NCBI GenBank assembly: GCA_964057225.1
Contig: CAXKVF010000076.1
Span: 1 to 64,000 of the forward strand
Length of the DNA: 64,000 nucleotides
Reading direction: 5' to 3'
DNA from: Auanema rhodensis
Taxonomy: Eukaryota > Animalia > Nematoda
Of this stretch, positions 54,701 through 64,000 are shown in pieces. How positions within the stretch are numbered: position 1 is the stretch's first letter; each line of letters begins with the position of its first letter. The notes under the pieces were generated by a model, which was not told the origin of the DNA, searched no databases, and saw nothing but the letters and a program-made list of their open reading frames with translations. A program made the translations under genes and the position numbers.

Positions 54701-57700
54701 GGTAACCATGACTTTGAAATTTACGTGAACTTTAATTTATGCTAATTAAATGTACACGTGATGTGCACTTGGTATGTAACTCGCTTCACGTGAAAGATAA
54801 AGAGATGCGGTTTTTAAAATTAGATTCCCCATGTCCATATTAGTCTAAAAACAAATTTTTATTGATATTGGTTCATGGTAACCATGACTTTGAAATTTAC
54901 GTGAACTTTAATTTATGCTAATTAAATGTACACGTGATGTGCACTTGGTATGTAACTCGCTTCACGTGAAAGATAAAGAGATGCGGATTTCAAAATTAGA
55001 TTCCCCATGTCCATATTAGTCTAAAAACAAATTTTTATTGATATTGCTTCATGGTAACCATGACTTTGAAATTTACGTGAACTTTAATTTATGCTAATTA
55101 AATGTACACGTGATGTGCTCTTGGTATGTAACTCGCTTCACGTGAAAGATAAAGAAATGCGGTTTTCAAAATTAGATTCCCCATGTCCATATTAGTCTAA
55201 AAACAAATTTTTATTGATATTGGTTCATGGTAACCATGACTTTGAAATTTACGTGAACTTTAATTTATGCTAATTAAATGTACACGTGATGTGCACTTGG
55301 TATGTAACTCGCTTCACGTGAAAGATAAAGAGATGCGGTTTTCAAAATTAGATTCCCCATGTCCATATTAGTCTCAACACAAATTTTTATTGATATTGCT
55401 TCATGGTAACCATGACTTTGAAATTTACGTGAACTTTAATTTATGCTAATTAAATGTACACGTGATGTGCACTTGGTATGTAACTCGCTTCACGTGAAAG
55501 ATAAAGAGATGCGGTTTGCAAAATTAGATTCCCCATGTCCATATTAGTCTAAAAACAAATTTTTATTGATATTGCTTCATGGTAACCATGACTTTGAAAT
55601 TTACGTGAACTTTAATTTATGCTAATTAAATGTACACGTGATGTGCTCTTGGTATGTAACTCGCTTCACGTGAAAGATAAAGAAATGCGGTTTTCAAAAT
55701 TAGATTCCCCATGTCCATATTAGTCTAAAAACAAATTTTTATTGATATTGGTTCATGGTAACCATGACTTTGAAATTTACGTGAACTTTAATTTATGCTA
55801 ATTAAATGTACACGTGATGTGCACTTGGTATGTAACTCGCTTCACGTGAAAGATAAAGAGATGCGGTTTTCAAAATTAGATTCCCCATGTCCATATTAGT
55901 CTAAAAACAAATTTTTATTGATATTGCTTCATGGTAACCATGACTTTGAAATTTACGTGAACTTTAATTTATGCTAATTAAATGTACACGTGATGTGCAC
56001 TTGGTATGTAACTCGCTTCACGTGAATGATAAAGAGATGCGGTTTTCAAAATTAGATTCCCCATGTCCATATTAGTCTAAAAACAAATTTTTATTGATAT
56101 TGCTTCATGGTAACCATGACTTTGAAATTTACGTGAACTTTAATTTATGCTAATTAAATGTACACGTGATGTGCACTTGGTATGTAACTCGCTCCACGTG
56201 AAAGATAAAGAGATGCGGTTTCCAAAATTAGATTCCCCATGTCCATATTAGTCTAAAAACAAATTTTTATTGATATTGGTGCATGGTAACCATGACTTTG
56301 AAATTTACGTGAACTTTAATTTATGCTAATTAAATGTACACGTGATGTGCACTTGGTATGTAACTCGCTTCACGTGAAAGATAAAGAGATGCGGTTTTCA
56401 AAATTAGATTCCCCATGTCCATATTAGTCTAAAAACAAATTTTTATTGATATTTGTGCATGGTAACCATGACTTTGAAATTTACGTGAACTTTAATTTAT
56501 GCTAATTAAATGTACACGTGATGTGCACTTGGTATGTAACTCGCTTCACGTGAAAGATGAAGAGATGCGGTTTTCAAAATTAGATTCCCCATGTCCATAT
56601 TAGTCTAAAAACAAATTTTTATTGATATTGGTTCATGGTAACCATGACTTTGAAATTTACGTGAACTTTAATTTATGCTAATTAAATGTACACGTGATGT
56701 GCACTTGGTATGTAACTCGCTTCACGTGAAAGATAAAGAAATGCGGTTTTCAAAATTAGATTCCCCATGTCCATATTAGTCTAAAAACAAATTTTTATTG
56801 ATATTGGTTCATGGTAACCATGACTTTGAAATTTACGTGAACTTTAATTTATGCTAATTAAATGTACACGTGATGTGCACTTGGTATGTAACTCGCTTCA
56901 CGTGAAAGATAAAGAGATGCGGTTTTCAAAATTAGATTCCCCATGTCCATATTAGTCTAAAAACAAATTTTTATTGATATTGCTTCATGGTAACCATGAC
57001 TTTGAAATTTACGTGAACTTTAATTTATGCTAATTAAATGTACACGTGATGTGCACTTGGTATGTAACTCGCTTCACGTGAATGATAAAGAGATGCGGTT
57101 TTCAAAATTAGATTCCCCATGTCCATATTAGTCTAAAAACAAATTTTTATTGATATTGCTTCATGGTAACCATGACTTTGAAATTTACGTGAACTTTAAT
57201 TTATGCTAATTAAATGTACACGTGATGTGCACTTGGTATGTAACTCGCTCCACGTGAAAGATAAAGAGATGCGGTTTCCAAAATTAGATTCCCCATGTCC
57301 ATATTAGTCTAAAAACAAATTTTTATTGATATTGGTGCATGGTAACCATGACTTTGAAATTTACGTGAACTTTAATTTATGCTAATTAAATGTACACGTG
57401 ATGTGCACTTGGTATGTAACTCGCTTCACGTGAAAGATAAAGAGATGCGGTTTTCAAAATTAGATTCCCCATGTCCATATTAGTCTAAAAACAAATTTTT
57501 ATTGATATTTGTGCATGGTAACCATGACTTTGAAATTTACGTGAACTTTAATTTATGCTAATTAAATGTACACGTGATGTGCACTTGGTATGTAACTCGC
57601 TTCACGTGAAAGATGAAGAGATGCGGTTTTCAAAATTAGATTCCCCATGTCCATATTAGTCTAAAAACAAATTTTTATTGATATTGGTTCATGGTAACCA

Positions 57701-59828
57701 TGACTTTGAAATTTACGTGAACTTTAATTTATGCTAATTAAATATACACGTGATGTGCACTTGGTATGTAACTCGCTTCACGTGAAAGATAAAGAGATGC
57801 GGTTTTCAAAATTAGATTCCCCATGTCCATATTAGTCTAAAAACAAATTTTTATTGATATTGGTGCATGGTAACCATGACTTTGAAATTTACGTGAACTT
57901 TAATTTATGCTAATTAAATGTACACGTGATGTGCACTTGGTATGTAACTCGCTTCACGTGAAAGATAAAGAGATGCGGTTTTTAAAATTAGATTCCCCAT
58001 GTCCATATTAGTCTAAAAACAAATTTTTATTGATATTGGTTCATGGTAACCATGACTTTGAAATTTACGTGAACTTTAATTTATGCTAATTAAATGTACA
58101 CGTGATGTGCACTTGGTATGTAACTCGCTTCACGTGAAAGATAAAGAGATGCGGATTTCAAAATTAGATTCCCCATGTCCATATTAGTCTAAAAACAAAT
58201 TTTTATTGATATTGGTTCATGGTAACCATGACTTTGAAATTTACGTGAACTTTAATTTATGCTAATTAAATGTACACGTGATGTGCACTTGGTATGTAAC
58301 TCGCTTCACGTGAAAGATAAAGAGATGCGGTTTTCAAAATTAGATTCCCCATGTCCATATTAGTCTAAAAACAAATTTTTATTGATATTGGTTCATGGTA
58401 ACCATGACTTTGAAATTTACGTGAACTTTAATTTATGCTAATTAAATGTACACGTGATGTGCACTTGGTATGTAACTCGCTTCACGTGAAAGATAAAGAG
58501 ATGCGGTTTTCAAAATTAGATTCCCCATGTCCATATTAGTCTAAAAACAAATTTTTATTGATATTGGTTCATGGTAACCATGACTTTGAATTTTACGTGA
58601 ACTTTAATTTATGCTAATTAAATGTACACGTGATGTGCACTTGGTATGTAACTCGCTTCACGTGAAAGATAAAGAGATGCGGTTTCCAAAATTAGATTCC
58701 CCATGTCCATATTAGTCTAAAAACAAATTTTTATTGATATTGGTTCATGGTAACCATGACTTTGAAATTTACGTGAACTTTAATTAATGCTAATTAAATG
58801 TACACGTGATGTGCACTTGGTATGTAACTCGCTTCACGTGAAAGATAAAGAGATGCGGTTTTCAAAATTAGATTCCCCATGTCCATATTAGTCTAAAAAC
58901 AAATTTTTATTGATATTGCTTCATGGTAACCATGACTTTGAAATTTACGTGAACTTTAATTTATGCTAATTAAATGTACACGTGATGTGCACTTGGTATG
59001 TAACTCGCTTCACGTGAAAGATAAAGAGATGCAGTTTTCAAAATTAGATTCCCCATGTCCATATTAGTCTAAAAACAAATTTTTATTGATATTGCTTCAT
59101 GGTAACCATGACTTTGAAATTTACGTGAACTTTAATTTATGCTAATTAAATGTACACGTGATGTGCACTTGGTATGTAACTCGCTTCACGTGAAAGATAA
59201 AGAGATGCGGTTTTCAAAATTAGATTCCCCATGTCCATATTAGTCTAAAAACAAATTTTTATTGATATTGCTTCATGGTAACCATGACTTTGAAATTTAC
59301 GTGAACTTTAATTTATGCTAATTAAATGTACACGTGATGTGCACTTGGTATGTAACTCGCTTCACGTGAAAGATAAAGAGATGCGGTTTTTAAAATTAGA
59401 TTCCTCATGTCCATATTAGTCTAAAAACAAATTTTTATTGATATTGGTGCATGGTAACCATGACTTTGAAATTTACGTGAACTTTAATTTATGCTAATTA
59501 AATGTACACGTGATGTGCACTTGGTATGTAACTCGCTTCACGTGAAAGATAAAGAGATGCGGTTTTCAAAATTAGATTCCCCATGTCCATATTAGTCTAA
59601 AAACAAATTTTTATTGATATTGGTGAATGGTAACCATGACTTTGAAATTTACGTGAACTTTAATTTATGCTAATTAAATGTACACGTGATGTGCACTTGG
59701 TATGTAACTCGCTTCACGTGAAAGATAAAGAGATGCAGTTTTCAAAATCAGATTCCCCATGTCCATATTAGTCTAAAAACAAATTTTTATTGATATTGGT
59801 TCATGGTAACCATGACTTTGAAATTTAC
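48741..59828. repeat. Nested duplicated blocks with 23-, 12- and 6-monomer offsets
   Basis: CTCAACAC at 49213/53261/55373 and GAATGAT at 49864/53912/56024/57080 (offsets 4048, 2112, 1056). GAATTTTAC at 51372/58588 (offset 7216 = 41 monomers = 23+12+6). Confidence 0.9.
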
Positions 59829-62800
59829 GTGAACTTTAATTTATGCTAATTAAATGTACACGTGATGTGCACTTGGTATGTAACTCGCTTCACGTGAAAG
59901 ATAAAGAGATGCGGTTTTCAAAATTAGATTCCCCATGTCCATATTAGTCTAAAAACAAATTTTTATTGATATTAGTTCATGGTAACCATGACTTTGAAAT
60001 TTACGTGAACTTTAATTTATGCTAATTAAATGTACACGTGATGTGCACTTGGTATGTAACTCGCTTCACGTGAAAGATAAAGAGATGCGGTTTTCAAAAT
60101 TAGATTCCCCATGTCCATATTAGTCTAAAAACAAATTTTTATTGATATTGGTTCATGGTAACCATGACTTTGAAATTTACGTGAACTTTAATTTATGCTA
60201 ATTAAATGTACACGTGATGTGCACTTGGTATGTAACTCGCTTCACGTGAAAGAAAAAGAGATGCGGTTTTCAAAATTAGATTCCCCATGTCCATATTAGT
60301 CTAAAAACAAATTTTTATTGATATTGGTGCATGGTAACCATGACTTTGAAATTTACGTGAACTTTAATTTATGCTAATTAAATGTACACGTGATGTGCAC
60401 TTGGTATGTAACTCGCTTCACGTGAAAGATGAAGAGATGCGGTTTTCAAAATTAGATTCCCCATGTCCATATTAGTCTAAAAACAAATTTTTATTGATAT
60501 TGGTTCATGGTAACCATGACTTTGAAATTTACGTGAACTTTAATTTATGCTAATTAAATGTACACGTGATGTGCACTTGGTATGTAACTCGCTTCACGTG
60601 AAAGATAAAGAGATGCGGTTTTCAAAATTAGATTCCCCATGTCCATATTAGTCTAAAAACAAATTTTTATTGATATTGCTTCATGGTAACCATGACTTTG
60701 AAATTTACGTGAACTTTAATTTATGCTAATTAAATGTACACGTGATGTGCACTTGGTATGTAACTCGCTTCACGTGAAAGATAAAGAGATGCGGTTTTCA
60801 AAATTAGATTCCTCATGTCCATATTAGTCTAAAAACAAATTTTTATTGATATTGGTGCATGGTAACCATGACTTTGAAATTTACGTGAACTTTAATTTAT
60901 GCTAATTAAATGTACACGTGATGTGCACTTGGTATGTAACTCGCTTCACGTGAAAGATAAAGAGATGCGGTTTTCAAAATTAGATTCCCCATGTCCATAT
61001 TAGTCTAAAAACAAATTTTTATTGATATTGGTGCATGGTAACCATGACTTTGAAATTTACGTGAACTTTAATTTATGCTAATTAAATGTACACGTGATGT
61101 GCACTTGGTATGTAACTCGCTTCACGTGAAAGATGAAGAGATGCGGTTTTCAAAATTAGATTCCCCATGTCCATATTAGTCTAAAAACAAATTTTTATTG
61201 ATATTGGTTCATGGTAACCATGACTTTGAAATTTACGTGAACTTTAATTTATGCTAATTAAATGTACACGTGATGTGCACTTGGTATGTAACTCGCTTCA
61301 CGTGAAAGATAAAGAGATGCGGTTTTCAAAATTAGATTCCCCATGTCCATATTAGTCTAAAAACAAATTTTTATTGATATTAGTTCATGGTAACCATGAC
61401 TTTGAAATTTACGTGAACTTTAATTTATGCTAATTAAATGTACACGTGATGTGCACTTGGTATGTAACTCGCTTCACGTGAAAGATAAAGAGATGCGGTT
61501 TTCAAAATTAGATTCCCCATGTCCATATTAGTCTAAAAACAAATTTTTATTGATATTGGTTCATGGTAACCATGACTTTGAAATTTACGTGAACTTTAAT
61601 TTATGCTAATTAAATGTACACGTGATGTGCACCTGGTATGTAACTCGCTTCACGTGAAAGATAAAGAGATGCGGTTTTCAAAATTAGATTCCCCATGTCC
61701 ATATTAGTCTAAAAACAAATCTTTATTGATATTGCTTCATGGTAACCATGACTTTGAAATTTACGTGAACTTTAATTTATGCTAATTAAATGTACACGTG
61801 ATGTGCACTTGGTATGTAACTCGCTTCACGTGAAAGATAAAGAGATGCGGTTTTCAAAATTAGATTCCCCATGTCCATATTAGTCTAAAAACAAATTTTT
61901 ATTGATATTGGTTCATGGTAACCATGACTTTGAAATTTACGTGAACTTTAATTTATGCTAATTAAATGTACACGTGATGTGCACTTGGTATGTAACTCGC
62001 TTCACGTGAAAGATAAAGAGATGCGGTTTTCAAAATTAGATTCCCCATGTCCATATTAGTCTAAAAACAAATTTTTATTGATATTAGTTCATGGTAACCA
62101 TGACTTTGAAATTTACGTGAACTTTAATTTATGCTAATTAAATGTACACGTGATGTGCACTTGGTATGTAACTCGCTTCACGTGAAAGATAAAGAGATGC
62201 GGTTTTCAAAATTAGATTCCCCATGTCCATATTAGTCTAAAAACAAATTTTTATTGATATTGGTTCATGGTAACCATGACTTTGAAATTTACGTGAACTT
62301 TAATTTATGCTAATTAAATGTACACGTGATGTGCACTTGGTATGTAACTCGCTTCACGTGAAAGATAAAGAGATGCGGTTTTCAAAATTAGATTCCCCAT
62401 GTCCATATTAGTCTAAAAACAAATTTTTATTGATATTAGTTCATGGTAACCATGACTTTGAAATTTACGTGAACTTTAATTTATGCTAATTAAATGTACA
62501 CGTGATGTGCACTTGGTATGTAACTCGCTTCATGTGAAAGATAAAGAGATGCGGTTTTCAAAATTAGATTCCCCATGTCCATATTAGTCTAAAAACAAAT
62601 TTTTATTGATATTGGTTCATGGTAACCATGACTTTGAAATTTACGTGAACTTTAATTTATGCTAATTAAATGTACACGTGATGTGCACTTGGTATGTAAC
62701 TCGCTTCACGTGAAAGATAAAGAGATGCGGTTTTCAAAATTAGATTCCCCATGTCCATATTAGTCTAAAAACAAATTTTTATTGATATTGCTTCATGGTA

Positions 62801-64000
62801 ACCATGACTTTGAAATTTACGTGAACTTTAATTTATGCTAATTAAATGTACACGTGATGTGCACTTGGTATGTAACTCGCTTCACGTGAAAGATAAAGAG
62901 ATGCGGTTTTCAAAATTAGATTCCCCATGTCCATATTAGTCTAAAAACAAATTTTTATTGATATTGGTTCATGGTAACCATGACTTTGAAATTTACGTGA
63001 ACTTTAATTTATGCTAATTAAATGTACACGTGATGTGCACTTGGTATGTAACTCGCTTCACGTGAAAGATAAAGAGATGCTGTTTTCAAAATTAGATTCC
63101 CCATGTCCGTATTAGTCTAAAAACAAATTTTTATTGATATTGCTTCATGGTAACCATGACTTTGAAATTTACGTGAACTTTAATTTATGCTAATTAAATG
63201 TACACGTGATGTGCACTTGGTATGTAACTCGCTTCACGTGAAAGATAAAGAGATGCGGTTTTCAAAATTAGATTCCTCATGTCCATATTAGTCTAAAAAC
63301 AAATTTTTATTGATATTGGTGCATGGTAACCATGACTTTGAAATTTACGTGAACTTTAATTTATGCTAATTAAATGTACACGTGATGTGCACTTGGTATG
63401 TAACTCGCTTCACGTGAAAGATAAAGAGATGCGGTTTTCAAAATTAGATTCCCCATGTCCATATTAGTCTAAAAACAAATTTTTATTGATATTGGTGAAT
63501 GGTAACCATGACTTTGAAATTTACGTGAACTTTAATTTATGCTAATTAAATGTACACGTGATGTGCACTTGGTATGTAACTCGCTTCACGTGAAAGATGA
63601 AGAGATGCGGTTTTCAAAATTAGATTCCTCATGTCCATATTAGTCTAAAAACAAATTTTTATTGATATTGGTTCATGGTAACCATGACTTTGAAATTTAC
63701 GTGAACTTTAATTTATGCTAATTAAATGTACACGTGATGTGCACTTGGTATGTAACTCGCTTCACGTGAAAGATAAAGAGATGCGGTTTTCAAAATTAGA
63801 TTCCCCATGTCCATATTAGTCTAAAAACAAATTTTTATTGATATTGGTACATGGTAACCATGACTTTGAAATTTACGTGAACTTTAATTTATGCTAATTA
63901 AATGTACACGTGATGTGCACTTGGTATGTAACTCGCTTCACGTGAAAGATAAAGAGATTCGGTTTTCAAAATTAGATTCCCCATGTCCATATTAGTCTAG

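Larger units (their letters stand above)
11287..64000. repeat. 176-bp tandem satellite array, right arm (~299 monomers, same orientation)
   Basis: Resumes at monomer position 32 (ACGTGATGTGCAC) and the next full monomer starts at 11432. Phase changes only through three 1-bp deletions in the T5 run (~30571, ~31098, ~34617). Confidence 0.99.

Noticed and set aside
1-64000. CRISPR-like array (palindromic repeats at regular spacing)
   Set aside because: There are no unique spacers: the entire 176-bp unit is repeated. No cas genes are present.
63991-64000. Last base deviates from consensus (GTCTAG vs GTCTAA), a possible array boundary or second insertion
   Set aside because: A single base at the window edge cannot be distinguished from a point variant without downstream sequence.

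Overview
Eukaryotic-type satellite DNA. About 98.6% of the window is a single head-to-tail array of a 176-bp AT-rich monomer (~32% GC, ~359 copies, most differing from the consensus by only a few substitutions). The array runs off both window edges and looks centromeric or pericentromeric. It is interrupted once, at 10421-11286, by an 866-bp minus-strand insert flanked by a 5-bp direct repeat (ACGTG). The insert is the 5'-truncated 3' end of a CR1/L2-like non-LTR retrotransposon: the C-terminal ~121 codons of ORF2, a ~500-nt 3' UTR with a hairpin cluster, and a terminal AATAAA with no poly(A). It landed in a CACGTG palindrome, in the most homogeneous part of the array, and in frame with a satellite-encoded ATG. 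Shared variants between monomers show nested local duplications of variable period (3-23 monomers) rather than one fixed higher-order repeat. I found no host genes, RNA genes or CRISPR arrays, and I cannot identify the organism from this sequence.
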